Shown here piece by piece: positions 45,751-58,664 of a stretch of 64,000 nucleotides of DNA. The notes under the pieces were generated by a model. It saw only the letters and a list, made by a program, of their open reading frames with translations. It searched no databases and was not told the origin of the DNA. A program made the position numbers and the translations under genes. This DNA is from an uncultured Alcanivorax sp. (lineage in GTDB: Bacteria; Pseudomonadota; Gammaproteobacteria; Pseudomonadales; Alcanivoracaceae), in contig CAJXLA010000001.1 of NCBI GenBank assembly GCA_913055795.1, positions 9,997 through 73,996 of the forward strand, written 5' to 3'. The first letter of the stretch is position 1. Every line of letters begins with the position of its first letter.

Positions 45751-47871
45751 ATGACACAGCACCGAATCGGACCGCGCGGCCTTTTTGTACTGCTCATACT
45801 GGCCGTCCTTGCGCCCGCCGCCTGGGCCCTGATGAACGGCGACCCGGAAACAGCAACTCCGGAGCTGGCCCCGTCCGCGGACCAGAAGGGCGCGGCCGAG
45901 GAGATCGTTGACCGCCTGGACAACCATTACCGGGAGCTGGCGTTCAACGACGAGCTCTCCGCGCGGGTCTGGCAGAACTATCTCGACAGTCTGGACCCCA
46001 ACCGCGTCTATTTCACGCAGGGCGACATTGAATCCTTCCGCTCGGTGCGCGAGCAGCTCGATGATCAGCTCGCCGATGGCGAGCTCAAAGCCGGGTTCGA
46101 TATTTTCCGGGTCTATCGCCAACGCATGGGTGAACGGCTGGACTATCTGCTGGACCGGCTGGATCAAGGGCTGGATTCGCTGTCCTTCGACCAGGAGGAA
46201 ACCCTGCGCGTGGATCGCGCGGAGGCGCACTGGCCGGAAGACGAAGCCGCTCTCCATGATCTCTGGCGCCGGCGGCTGAAAAACGCGGTGCTGTCCATGC
46301 GGCTCAACGACGTCGAGGATGATGAAATCGTCAAGCGCCTGCGGCGGCGCTACGAAGGACAGCGCAACCGCATGAAACAGAACACCAATGAGGATGTCTT
46401 TCAGGTCTACATCAATGCGCTGACGCAGACTTATGATCCGCATACGTCCTATTTCACGCCCCATCGCTCGGAGAATTTCGATATCAGCATGAGCCGTTCG
46501 CTGGAAGGCATCGGCGCAGTGCTGCAATCCGAGGACGAGTACACCAAGGTGATCCGGCTGGTGCCGGGCGGTCCTGCGGCCAGGAATGGTCGACTGCACC
46601 CGGCGGACCGCATCGTCGGCGTAGCCCAGGGCGAAGATGGCGAAATGAAGAATGTAATCAGCATGCGCCTCGACGAGGTGGTGGACAAGATTCGCGGGCC
46701 CAAGGGCTCCATTGTGCGCCTCAAGGTGATTCCCCATGACGCGGCGAATGACCACGACACCCGGATGATCTCCATCGAACGCAACAAGGTGGAGCTCAAG
46801 GAACAGGCGGCGAGCAAGGAGATCCTGGAACTGGGCGAAAACGGCGAACAGCGCATTGGCGTTATTCGCATCCCGGCTTTCTACATGGACTTCGAGGCGG
46901 CACGCCGGGGCGACCCGGACTATGCCAGCACCACCCGGGATGTGGCCCAGCTGATCATGGAACTCCAGGACGAAAACCTCGATGGCCTGATGGTGGATCT
47001 GCGCGACAACAGCGGCGGGTCCCTGCAGGAAGCGATCAAGCTGGTGTCACTATTCATCGACTCCGGGCCCACGGTTCAGGTGCGCGATAACCGTAACGAC
47101 GTTCAGGTAGAGTCGGATCAGCTTCCGGGGGCACTCTATCGCGGCCCCATGGCCGTGCTGGTCAACCGCTACAGCGCTTCGGCGTCGGAAATCTTCGCCG
47201 GTGCCATGCAGGATTATGGCCGCGCGCTGGTGATTGGCGGTCAGACCTTCGGTAAGGGCACGGTCCAGTCGCTGATGGAACTCAACCATGGTGAGTTGAA
47301 AATGACCCGGGCGAAGTTCTATCGCGTGTCGGGCAAGAGCAACCAGCACCGGGGCATCCTCCCCGACCTGCAGCTGCCTTATGCGGTGGACAAGACCCAG
47401 ATCGGCGAGAGCGCCCTGGATAACGCCCTGCCCTGGGACGTCATTGACCAGGCGGATTACGATCCGGTGGTCAACCTGAATCCGCTCATCCCCCGGCTGC
47501 GGGCACAACACCAGGAACGCATGGAGGATAACCCGGAGTTTGACTATGTCCGTAGCCAGATTGAGCTCATCGAAGCCGGCCGGGAACGCGAGCGGACTAC
47601 CCTGCATGCGGACAAGCGCCGTGAGCGCGAACGCGAGCGCGATGAAAAACGCCTGACCATCGAAAACCGGCTCCGCGAGCATCGGGGCAAGAAACCGGTG
47701 GAATCCATGGAAGAGCTGGAAAAACTACGCGAGGAACAGGCCATGGAACAGGCCCGGAACCCGGACGCGGAACAGAATCGTCCGGATCCCCACTTGCGCG
47801 AAGCGGCACGCATTCTGGGGGATCTGGCAGGGATGAACGGCAAGTCGGGCAAGGTGGCGGGTCGACCCTGA
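45751..47871 (+). CDS. prc: Tail-specific (carboxy-terminal processing) protease Prc
   Basis: Track ORF trimmed to ATG 45751 (MTQHRIGPRGLFVLLILAVLAPAAWA). PDZ region, RDNSGGSL, SASASEIFAGA and FGKGTVQ motifs. Charged C-terminal tail. Confidence 0.92.
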   Translation: MTQHRIGPRGLFVLLILAVLAPAAWALMNGDPETATPELAPSADQKGAAEEIVDRLDNHYRELAFNDELSARVWQNYLDSLDPNRVYFTQGDIESFRSVREQLDDQLADGELKAGFDIFRVYRQRMGERLDYLLDRLDQGLDSLSFDQEETLRVDRAEAHWPEDEAALHDLWRRRLKNAVLSMRLNDVEDDEIVKRLRRRYEGQRNRMKQNTNEDVFQVYINALTQTYDPHTSYFTPHRSENFDISMSRSLEGIGAVLQSEDEYTKVIRLVPGGPAARNGRLHPADRIVGVAQGEDGEMKNVISMRLDEVVDKIRGPKGSIVRLKVIPHDAANDHDTRMISIERNKVELKEQAASKEILELGENGEQRIGVIRIPAFYMDFEAARRGDPDYASTTRDVAQLIMELQDENLDGLMVDLRDNSGGSLQEAIKLVSLFIDSGPTVQVRDNRNDVQVESDQLPGALYRGPMAVLVNRYSASASEIFAGAMQDYGRALVIGGQTFGKGTVQSLMELNHGELKMTRAKFYRVSGKSNQHRGILPDLQLPYAVDKTQIGESALDNALPWDVIDQADYDPVVNLNPLIPRLRAQHQERMEDNPEFDYVRSQIELIEAGRERERTTLHADKRRERERERDEKRLTIENRLREHRGKKPVESMEELEKLREEQAMEQARNPDAEQNRPDPHLREAARILGDLAGMNGKSGKVAGRP

Positions 47872-48088
47872 CCGCCACCCTGCCCTGCACAAAGGCGGGC
47901 AACCGCTACAACAATGTTGCCACGCCGTTTCCTCAGGGGCCTGTTTGGCGTCCTGCGCTCAGGCCGAAATCCGCCGTCTGCGGGCTCTTGAGCCCCTTCA
48001 GCACCTGCGCGCCCGGGTGCGGCATGCCCTCCGTACCCGGGTTTGCTGTAGAATATGGCGCCATTCGCAGCATTGGCACGGACCCTTC

Positions 48089-49519
48089 ATGGCTCGCAAC
48101 ACCGTCAAACGCGTCAAAACCGGCTCTTTCGAACGCCGCTTTTCCATGGCTCGTGCCGGGCTGCTTGCCGGCGCCCGCTACGCCACCCTGAGCGCGGGCA
48201 CCTTTTTTACGCCGGCACACAAGCGCGCCGACCGGCGCAGTGCCATTCTGTCCGCTCAGGCGGAGGACCTGGTCGCCGAGCTGGGCCAGCTCAAGGGTTC
48301 GGTGGTCAAGATCGGCCAGATGATGGCGCTGTTCGGCGAACACTTCCTGCCTCCGGAGGTGACCGCGGCTCTGCATACCCTGGAAAACAGGACCACGGCG
48401 CTGGAGTGGGAAACCATCGACGAACATCTGCGCCGGGAGCTGGGCGAGCTCAAGCGCGCGGAGCTGGACGTGGATCCGGAACCGCTGGGCGCCGCCTCGC
48501 TGGCCCAGGTACACCGGGCCGTGCGCCCAAGCGACGGCCTGGAAGTGGTGCTCAAGATCCAGTACCCGGGCGTGGCCGACGCCATCGACAGCGACATGCG
48601 CGCCATTGTGCGCCTGCTCAAGTGGAGCCGGCTGGTGTCCATTACCGAGGAATTCAATCAGTGGCTCGCGGAAGTGCGGGAAATGCTGGCCCGGGAAGTG
48701 GACTATGATCTGGAAGCCAACACCACCGAGTTTTTTCGCAACGCGCTGGCGGACGACGAGCGTTTTGTGGTCCCCGAGGTTGTACACGAATATTCGTCGA
48801 ATAACGTTCTCTGCCTCACCTTTGAGCACGGGGTGGGCATCAGCGACCCTTCCATTCAACAGCTGTCCCAGGCGAGGCGCAATTTCATGGGCCGCGCCAT
48901 CATGGAATTGTGCTGCCGCGAGGTGTTCGAGTGGGACCGCATGCAGACCGATCCCAACTTCGGCAATTACTTGCTGCGCCCGGGCCGCGAGGCCGACCAG
49001 GACCGGATCGTGCTGCTGGATTTCGGCGCTATCCGGGAATTCGAACACGCCACCCTGGGCCCGGGCCGGGAAATGATTCGTGCCGCCTGGCACCATGACC
49101 GCGAACGCCTGCTTGAGGCCCTGCGAGCGCTGGACTTTCTCTCCGGGAATGTGCCCCAGAAGGTGCTGGATAACTTCGTGGAATTGTGTTTTGAAGCCAT
49201 CGAGGTGCTGCAGGATCCGGACCGGTATCCGCCCCCGCCGGAAGTGGTCAATGAGCGCGGCGAATACCTCTGGGGGGAGAGCGATCTGCCCAACCGCATC
49301 ATGGCGAAGGCCAGCCGCAACGCCCTGTCCCGCTATTTCGACGTACCGCCCCGGGAGTTCATCTTCCTGGCGCGCAAGCTGCTGGGTGCCTACACCTTCT
49401 TGCACGTCATTGAGGCGCAGGTGCGCGGCAACACCATTCTGGAGCCGTTTCTGGGCATGAACGAGGACGCGGACCGGGCCCTGGTGACGTCCATGAATCA
49501 GCCGGACACGGGAACCTGA
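48089..49519 (+). CDS. ABC1/AarF/UbiB-family atypical kinase
   Basis: Track ORF trimmed to ATG 48089 (MARNTVKRV). KIGQMMAL, AASLAQVHRA and LKIQYPGV motifs. Confidence 0.85.
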   Translation: MARNTVKRVKTGSFERRFSMARAGLLAGARYATLSAGTFFTPAHKRADRRSAILSAQAEDLVAELGQLKGSVVKIGQMMALFGEHFLPPEVTAALHTLENRTTALEWETIDEHLRRELGELKRAELDVDPEPLGAASLAQVHRAVRPSDGLEVVLKIQYPGVADAIDSDMRAIVRLLKWSRLVSITEEFNQWLAEVREMLAREVDYDLEANTTEFFRNALADDERFVVPEVVHEYSSNNVLCLTFEHGVGISDPSIQQLSQARRNFMGRAIMELCCREVFEWDRMQTDPNFGNYLLRPGREADQDRIVLLDFGAIREFEHATLGPGREMIRAAWHHDRERLLEALRALDFLSGNVPQKVLDNFVELCFEAIEVLQDPDRYPPPPEVVNERGEYLWGESDLPNRIMAKASRNALSRYFDVPPREFIFLARKLLGAYTFLHVIEAQVRGNTILEPFLGMNEDADRALVTSMNQPDTGT

Positions 49520-49771
49520 GGCGCATCGGAGGGATTTCCGGGCTGGTGGGCGTTTCCGGTTTGCACCCGGACCGGGGTAGCTGTTTAGTTATTAGCCATT
49601 CGCGGGCCAATCCGGGCCGCGGGATTTGCCATTGGCGTGCATGCGCAATAAGGTTAGCAGCTCGCTGAACGGGCCGGTTTCCGGTCCATGTACAATGTGG
49701 CATCACGTCGCGGCTTCGCGCCGGCTCCGGCCGGAGTCATTCATCCAGACGCAAGATACGGGGGTAACGAG

Positions 49772-50986
49772 GTGATCATCGGTGTACCCGGGGAAATCTT
49801 TCCCGATGAACAGCGCGTGGCGCTGACACCCGCCAATGTCGGCAGCCTTTTGAAAACCGAGGGTGTCGAGATCCGGGTGGAAAAAGGCGCCGGCGAACAG
49901 GCCGGTTTTACCGACGCGGACTACGAGAGTGCCGGCGCCCAGCTGGTGGATCGCGACAGCATCTTCCAGCAGGCGCAGGTGATCCTCCAGGTCCAGACAC
50001 CGGGCAGCAATACCCGTACCGGGGAACAGGACCTTGAGCGCCTGCAGTCGGGCCAGATCCTGATCGGCATGATGGACCCGCTGGCGAACCCGGACTTCGC
50101 CCGAACCCTGGCCGACCGCGGCATCACGGGCGTGGCGCTGGAGCTGATCCCGCGCATCACCCGGGCGCAGGCGATGGACGTGCTCTCCTCCATGGCCATG
50201 ACCGCCGGTTACAAGGCCGTGCTGCTGGCCGCCAACCAGGCCAACCGCATGTTCCCCATGAACATGACCGCCGCCGGTACCCTGAATCCGGCCCGGGTGT
50301 TCGTTATGGGCGCGGGCGTGGCCGGGTTGCAGGCCTGTGCCGCAGCCAAGCGCCTGGGCGCGGTGACCAAGGCCTATGACGTGCGCGAGGCGGCGCAGGA
50401 ACAGATCCTGTCCGTGGGCGCCGATCCGGTGGATCTGAATCTCGATACTGCTGACGCCGAGGGCTCCGGCGGGTATGCCAAGGCACAGGGCGAGGATTTC
50501 CTGCAGCGCCAGCGCGCCGCTTTGAAGGACGTCATCGCCGATATGGATGTGGTCGTCACGACGGCCGCCGTGCCCGGCGCCAAGTCCCCGATCCTGGTAA
50601 CCGAGGAAATGGTCCAGGCCATGAAACCGGGCTCGGTGATCGTGGATCTGGCCGCCGAACGCGGCGGCAACTGCGAGTTGACGCAGGCGGGCGAGACGGT
50701 GGTCAAACACGGCGTTCACGTCATGGGCCCGGAGAACGTGCCCTCCTCGCTGTCCCACCATGCCAGCCAGATGTTCGGCAAGAACATGGAAAACCTGCTC
50801 AAGCTTATGCTTACCGAGCAGGGCGGGATCACGCTCGACTTCGAGGATCAGATCATCCAGGACACGGTCATCGCCCACGAAGGCGACGTTCCCCAGGCGA
50901 AAATGCGTGAACTGCTGGGGCTGCCGGCGCGGGAACAACCCGCGGAGCCCGCTTCCGATGAACCCGCCTCCGACGAGGAGAAATAA
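49772..50986 (+). CDS. pntAA: NAD(P) transhydrogenase subunit alpha part 1
   Basis: Track ORF 49688..50986. The in-frame GTG at 49772 gives the canonical start (V)IIGVPGEIFPDEQRVALTP. Rossmann VFVMGAGVAGLQA. Followed by pntAB and pntB. Confidence 0.92.
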   Translation: MIIGVPGEIFPDEQRVALTPANVGSLLKTEGVEIRVEKGAGEQAGFTDADYESAGAQLVDRDSIFQQAQVILQVQTPGSNTRTGEQDLERLQSGQILIGMMDPLANPDFARTLADRGITGVALELIPRITRAQAMDVLSSMAMTAGYKAVLLAANQANRMFPMNMTAAGTLNPARVFVMGAGVAGLQACAAAKRLGAVTKAYDVREAAQEQILSVGADPVDLNLDTADAEGSGGYAKAQGEDFLQRQRAALKDVIADMDVVVTTAAVPGAKSPILVTEEMVQAMKPGSVIVDLAAERGGNCELTQAGETVVKHGVHVMGPENVPSSLSHHASQMFGKNMENLLKLMLTEQGGITLDFEDQIIQDTVIAHEGDVPQAKMRELLGLPAREQPAEPASDEPASDEEK

Positions 50987-50988
50987 TC

Positions 50989-51267
50989 ATGGATTTCGTG
51001 GCACAACTGACGCTGTTCGTGCTGGCGGTATTTCTCGGCTTCGAGCTGATCTCGAAAGTGCCGCCCACGCTGCACACGCCCCTGATGTCGGGTTCCAACG
51101 CCATCTCCGGCATTACGCTGGTGGGCGCGCTGCTGGCCGCCGGCCATGGCGGCGACAGCCAGACCATCAGCATCCTGGGTTTCATCGCGGTCACCCTGGC
51201 GTCCATCAATGTTGTGGGCGGTTTCATGGTTACCAACCGCATGCTGGGCATGTTCAAGAGGAAATAA
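50989..51267 (+). CDS. pntAB: NAD(P) transhydrogenase subunit alpha part 2 (membrane)
   Basis: 92 aa. PLMSGSNAISGITLVGAL motif. 2-nt gap after pntAA. Confidence 0.93.
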   Translation: MDFVAQLTLFVLAVFLGFELISKVPPTLHTPLMSGSNAISGITLVGALLAAGHGGDSQTISILGFIAVTLASINVVGGFMVTNRMLGMFKRK

Positions 51268-51270
51268 GTC

Positions 51271-52698
51271 ATGCAGATTTCGCAAGCCTGGATCGATATC
51301 GCCTATCTGGCCGCCGCATCCCTCTTTGTCCTGGGCATCAAGGGCCTGACCAAGCCCCGGACCGCTGTACGGGGTAACCTGCTGGCCGCCACCGGTATGC
51401 TGATTGCAGCCGTGATTACCCTGCTCCACAAGGACATTGTCACCTATGAATGGATCATCGGTGGCTTCGTGCTGGGCGCCGTGGTGGGCTCACTGCTGGC
51501 CATCAAGGTCAAGATGACGGCCATGCCCCAGCTGGTGGCCCTGCTGAATGGTTTCGGTGGCGGTGCATCCTTTGCCGTGGCCGCGGCCGAATACTTCAAG
51601 GGCCTGGACGCCGCTGGAGCGGCCGGCGTGCTCGAGGCCATGGCCGGCCAGTCCACGGGCATGGTGGCCATGATCGCCATCGGGGCGGCCGTGCTGATCG
51701 GCTCGGTTACGCTCACCGGTTCCTTCATCGCCTTTGCCAAACTGCAGGAGCTGATTGACGGCCAGCCCAAGGGCTTCCCGGGCATGAAGTTCATCAATCT
51801 GATTCTGCTGATCGGCTCCGTGGTGGCCATCGGCGTTCTGGTGAACGATCCCACTCAGCAGGTGGTGTTCTGGAGCCTGGTCGCCGCCGCCGCCGTGCTG
51901 GGTGTGCTGCTGGTGATGCCCATTGGTGGTGCCGATATGCCCGTGGTCATCGCCCTGCTGAACTCCTACTCCGGTCTGGCCGCCGCGGCCGCCGGTTTCG
52001 TCATGGGCAACAGCGCCCTCATCATTACGGGTTCGCTGGTGGGCGCGTCCGGACTCATTCTGACCAATGTCATGTGCAAGGCCATGAACCGTTCGCTCAC
52101 CAATGTGCTCTTCGGGGTCATGGCCGAGGGCGGCGACGCCATGGATCAGGACGAGGTCTATGGCGGCAAGGTGCGCTCGTCCAGTGCCGAGGAAATCGCC
52201 ATGATCCTGGAGCCGGCCAAGCGCGTCGTGATCGTGCCCGGCTTCGGCCTGGCCATGGCCCAGGCCCAGCACGCCGTACGGGACCTGGCGGATTCGCTGG
52301 AAGCACGCGGATGCGAGGTGGAATATGCCATCCATCCGGTCGCGGGTCGGATGCCCGGTCACATGAATGTGCTGCTGGCCGAGGCGGAAGTGCCCTATGA
52401 CAAGCTCAAGACCATGGAAGAGATCAATCCGACTTTCGAGGAAACGGATGTAGCCATCGTGCTGGGCGCGAACGACGTCACCAACCCCATGGCGCGCGAG
52501 GACAAGGGCAGCCCCATCTACGGCATGCCCATTCTCAACGTGGACAAGGCCCGGAATGTGGTCGTGATCAAGCGTTCGTTGAGCCCCGGCTTCGCCGGCC
52601 TGCCCAATCCCCTGTTCGCCAACGACAACACCCTGATGCTCTTCGGCGACGCCAAGCAGTCCGTGCTGGACGTCAACACCGCCTACAAGGAAAGTTGA
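51271..52698 (+). CDS. pntB: NAD(P) transhydrogenase subunit beta
   Basis: 475 aa. Polytopic N-terminus and a C-terminal dIII domain (PGFGLAMAQAQH, HPVAGRMPGHMNVLLAEA, VLGANDV). Confidence 0.95.
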   Translation: MQISQAWIDIAYLAAASLFVLGIKGLTKPRTAVRGNLLAATGMLIAAVITLLHKDIVTYEWIIGGFVLGAVVGSLLAIKVKMTAMPQLVALLNGFGGGASFAVAAAEYFKGLDAAGAAGVLEAMAGQSTGMVAMIAIGAAVLIGSVTLTGSFIAFAKLQELIDGQPKGFPGMKFINLILLIGSVVAIGVLVNDPTQQVVFWSLVAAAAVLGVLLVMPIGGADMPVVIALLNSYSGLAAAAAGFVMGNSALIITGSLVGASGLILTNVMCKAMNRSLTNVLFGVMAEGGDAMDQDEVYGGKVRSSSAEEIAMILEPAKRVVIVPGFGLAMAQAQHAVRDLADSLEARGCEVEYAIHPVAGRMPGHMNVLLAEAEVPYDKLKTMEEINPTFEETDVAIVLGANDVTNPMAREDKGSPIYGMPILNVDKARNVVVIKRSLSPGFAGLPNPLFANDNTLMLFGDAKQSVLDVNTAYKES

Positions 52699-52718
52699 CG
52701 CCGGTAGCCAACCGACGG

Positions 52719-52759
52719 AAACAGCCCCGAGGCCTGCCAGGTTTCGGGGCTGTTTGTTT
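52719..52759 (+). terminator. Rho-independent terminator of the pnt operon
   Basis: AAACAGCCCCGA (52719-30) pairs with TCGGGGCTGTTT (52744-55), a 12-bp stem with a 13-nt loop. It runs into TGTTTGTTTC, 21 nt after the pntB stop. Confidence 0.8.
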
Positions 52760-52765
52760 CAAGGG

Positions 52766-53057
52766 GCGAGGTGCGAGGAGCGAGGCATAGAGAATCACAG
52801 GAGTAGGCGCCGTGTCCTCTGAGTGCCTCCCGGCCGCGAACGGTTCAGCAACGCGTACGGTGCGCCGTGCGCACCATCGGGCCTTGAAGGTGCGCACGGC
52901 GCACCCTACAGCTTGTTCGAGGGTCCGGAATGCAAATTTCGAGGCTTTTGCGACACCCTCCGTTAACCCCGGATGCTAACGACAGGGCTTTCCTGCTATT
53001 CCTTCGGAGCGGACCAAGGACGGGCTGCCTACTCGACCCTCGCTCCTCGCACCTCGC
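52766..53057. repeat. ~290-bp palindromic intergenic element with (GNGCGAG)n arms; perfect 20-bp terminal inverted repeat
   Basis: GCGAGGTGCGAGGAGCGAGG (52766-85) is the exact reverse complement of CCTCGCTCCTCGCACCTCGC (53038-57). The arms are 7-mer arrays. The interior holds a 17-bp perfect inverted repeat (52859-75 / 52889-905). The arm type matches the element at 31838-32028. Confidence 0.65.
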
Positions 53058-53066
53058 ACCTCGCTC

Positions 53067-53837
53067 CTAGAATCCTACAACCAGTGAAACCGTGATCTCT
53101 TGATCGGTGTTCTCGGTACCGGCAGGCACTTGCGAACTGTGCTTGATCAGGTGGGAAAGGCGCAGCGTCAAGGTATCGTTGATCTGGCTACTCAATGAGG
53201 TTTCCGCCCGGGAAATACTACCCTCGTTGGCCGACATTTCCGTGCTGATCTTTTCCCGGAAAACGGCTGATTCGGAAATATCCCAGCGATACTGCCCGGC
53301 CATGCGCAGAATAGGGGTGTCCTCGTGATTTTCGCAGTTGCGGTAACTGTCTTCCGGTTCCAGGCAGCGAATGCGATAACCCGGACCGATTTCCGCACTC
53401 AGCTCGTGGCGCTCCGTATCCAGTATGGAACGACCATAACCCAGCGCATAGCTGATGCGGTAATGATAGCCGGAGAACAGATCCTTTTCGTAGGTGCCCA
53501 CATTGAAAATGTAGTTCTCCTCTCCGAGCTTTCGGTCCAGTTTATAGGATAAAAAATAACGCTCGGCGACACGCTCGGTTTCGCCCGTGGTCTGATTCTC
53601 CGCCGTCGTGTTTACGGCTTCGAATTCCGCCGTGTGACGCCAGTTTTCACCTTCGTATTCGCCGTCCCCCTTGCTGACAACCGAGTCCGATTCCGTGTTG
53701 CCCCGCTTGAGCAAATAGGAAAACTCCAGTTCTCCGCTCCAACCGTCCGAACTGGTTTCTCCGTCTCCTTCCGCTGCCAGGGCCGGGAACGGCGCCAGCC
53801 CGGCGGTCACCAGGGCGGCCAGGGTTACCTTGCGCAT
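53067..53837 (-). CDS. DUF481-family outer-membrane beta-barrel protein (YdiY-like)
   Basis: Track ORF 53067..54215, trimmed to ATG 53837 (MRKVTLAALVTAGLAPFPALAA signal). Alternating beta-strand pattern and a terminal Phe (SLVVGF). The rest of the track ORF overlaps mscS and is spurious. Confidence 0.75.
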   Translation of the reverse strand: MRKVTLAALVTAGLAPFPALAAEGDGETSSDGWSGELEFSYLLKRGNTESDSVVSKGDGEYEGENWRHTAEFEAVNTTAENQTTGETERVAERYFLSYKLDRKLGEENYIFNVGTYEKDLFSGYHYRISYALGYGRSILDTERHELSAEIGPGYRIRCLEPEDSYRNCENHEDTPILRMAGQYRWDISESAVFREKISTEMSANEGSISRAETSLSSQINDTLTLRLSHLIKHSSQVPAGTENTDQEITVSLVVGF

Positions 53838-53859
53838 AAAGCTCTCTCTCGTTACCGGG

Positions 53860-54687
53860 TTACGGGTGTGCGTTACTCTGCTCCAGATGGACATCCATCT
53901 GGGGAAAGGGAATGGTGATACCCTCCTCGTCAAAGCGTTGTTTGACACGTTCGGTGTAGTCCCATTTAAAGGGCCAGTAGTCTTCCGTGCGTGTCCAGGG
54001 GCGAACGAGGAAATTGATGGCACTGTCGCCGAGTTCGCCCACCACGATGACCGGAGCGGGCTCGGCAAGCACGCGTTCGTCCTGATCCAGCAGCTCCTGC
54101 AGTACGCCACGCACCTGTTGCAGATCGCTACCGTAATCCACGCCCACCACCATGTCCACGCGTCGCGTGGGCATGGCGGAATAGTTGGTAATGTTGTCCG
54201 CCATGATGGCGCCATTGGGCACCGTGATCAGCTTGTTGTCCGGGGTGATCAGGCGTGTGGCGAAAATCCGGATCTCGTGCACAGTACCACTCGTGCCCGC
54301 CGCTTCCACATAGTCTTGTTCCCGGAACGGGCGGAAGAGGATCAGCATGACGCCGGCGGCAAAATTGCCCAGGGAATCTTTCAGGGCCAGCCCTACGGCC
54401 AGGCCCGCGGCACCGAAGATCGCCACCAGCGAGGTGGTTTGCAGACCCAGCTGCTCCAGCGCCGCAATGCTGACAAAGATCAGCAGCGCGACATAGGCCA
54501 GGCGCGACGCGAAACGCGCGATGGTTCCGTCCACGCGCGCCTGCATCTTGTGTTCGAGAAGATGGCAAAGGCGGCCCACCACCCATTTGCCGACCAGGAA
54601 GATCGCCAGCGCTGCCAGCAGATTCCAGCTGTAGGGGACGATGTTGTCGGCCCAAAACTGTTCCGCAGCCTGTATATAGGTATCCAT
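53860..54687 (-). CDS. mscS: Small-conductance mechanosensitive channel
   Basis: 275 aa. Three TM helices, then AAGVMLILFRPFREQDYVEAAGTSGTVHEIRIFATRLITPDNKLITVPNG (the MscS beta-domain signature). Confidence 0.9.
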   Translation of the reverse strand: MDTYIQAAEQFWADNIVPYSWNLLAALAIFLVGKWVVGRLCHLLEHKMQARVDGTIARFASRLAYVALLIFVSIAALEQLGLQTTSLVAIFGAAGLAVGLALKDSLGNFAAGVMLILFRPFREQDYVEAAGTSGTVHEIRIFATRLITPDNKLITVPNGAIMADNITNYSAMPTRRVDMVVGVDYGSDLQQVRGVLQELLDQDERVLAEPAPVIVVGELGDSAINFLVRPWTRTEDYWPFKWDYTERVKQRFDEEGITIPFPQMDVHLEQSNAHP

Positions 54688-54815
54688 CAGCTCTCTCCCG
54701 CCAAACCTGCAAATTGCGCCCGAACGGCAAGGCCGCTTTGCAGAAAATCAACAGCTTATAACGAACATGGATCCAGGAACACCCCGCGGCCCCGGGTTAA
54801 GGCCCGCTCTTCGCT

Positions 54816-54899
54816 TGAATTTCATTCATCTCAAATTGCGCCATCCACAGGCAGCTGTCCTACGAAACCTTGGGGTTTTTCATACTGAACCCGTATAAT
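54816..54899 (+). promoter_or_regulatory. Candidate MetR box plus -10 element upstream of metH
   Basis: TGAATTTCATTCA (54816-28) fits the MetR consensus TGAA-N5-TTCA as I recall it. TATAAT at 54894-99 has a poor -35 (TGGGGT), which is consistent with an activator-dependent promoter. The metH ATG is at 54930. Confidence 0.35.
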
Positions 54900-54929
54900 G
54901 CCGCCTCTTTATCGCGAACCGGAGGACGC

Positions 54930-58631
<3,702 letters not shown>

Positions 58632-58664
58632 GCCACGCCCGTTCGCCGGCGCCGCCCGCCCGGG

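Noticed and set aside
52673-52897. 74-aa minus-strand ORF inside the pntB-downstream element.
   Set aside because: It overlaps the pntB 3' end and terminator as well as the palindromic repeats. It is Arg-rich and has no start context.
52905-52935. GTTCGAGGGTCC resembles a tRNA T-arm.
   Set aside because: I could not build an acceptor stem, D-arm or anticodon arm around it. I saw no tRNA-like cloverleaf anywhere in the window.
54688-54929. I looked for a cobalamin riboswitch or other leader RNA upstream of metH.
   Set aside because: No B12-box-like core or extended conserved structure is evident, and the leader downstream of the putative -10 is only about 30 nt.
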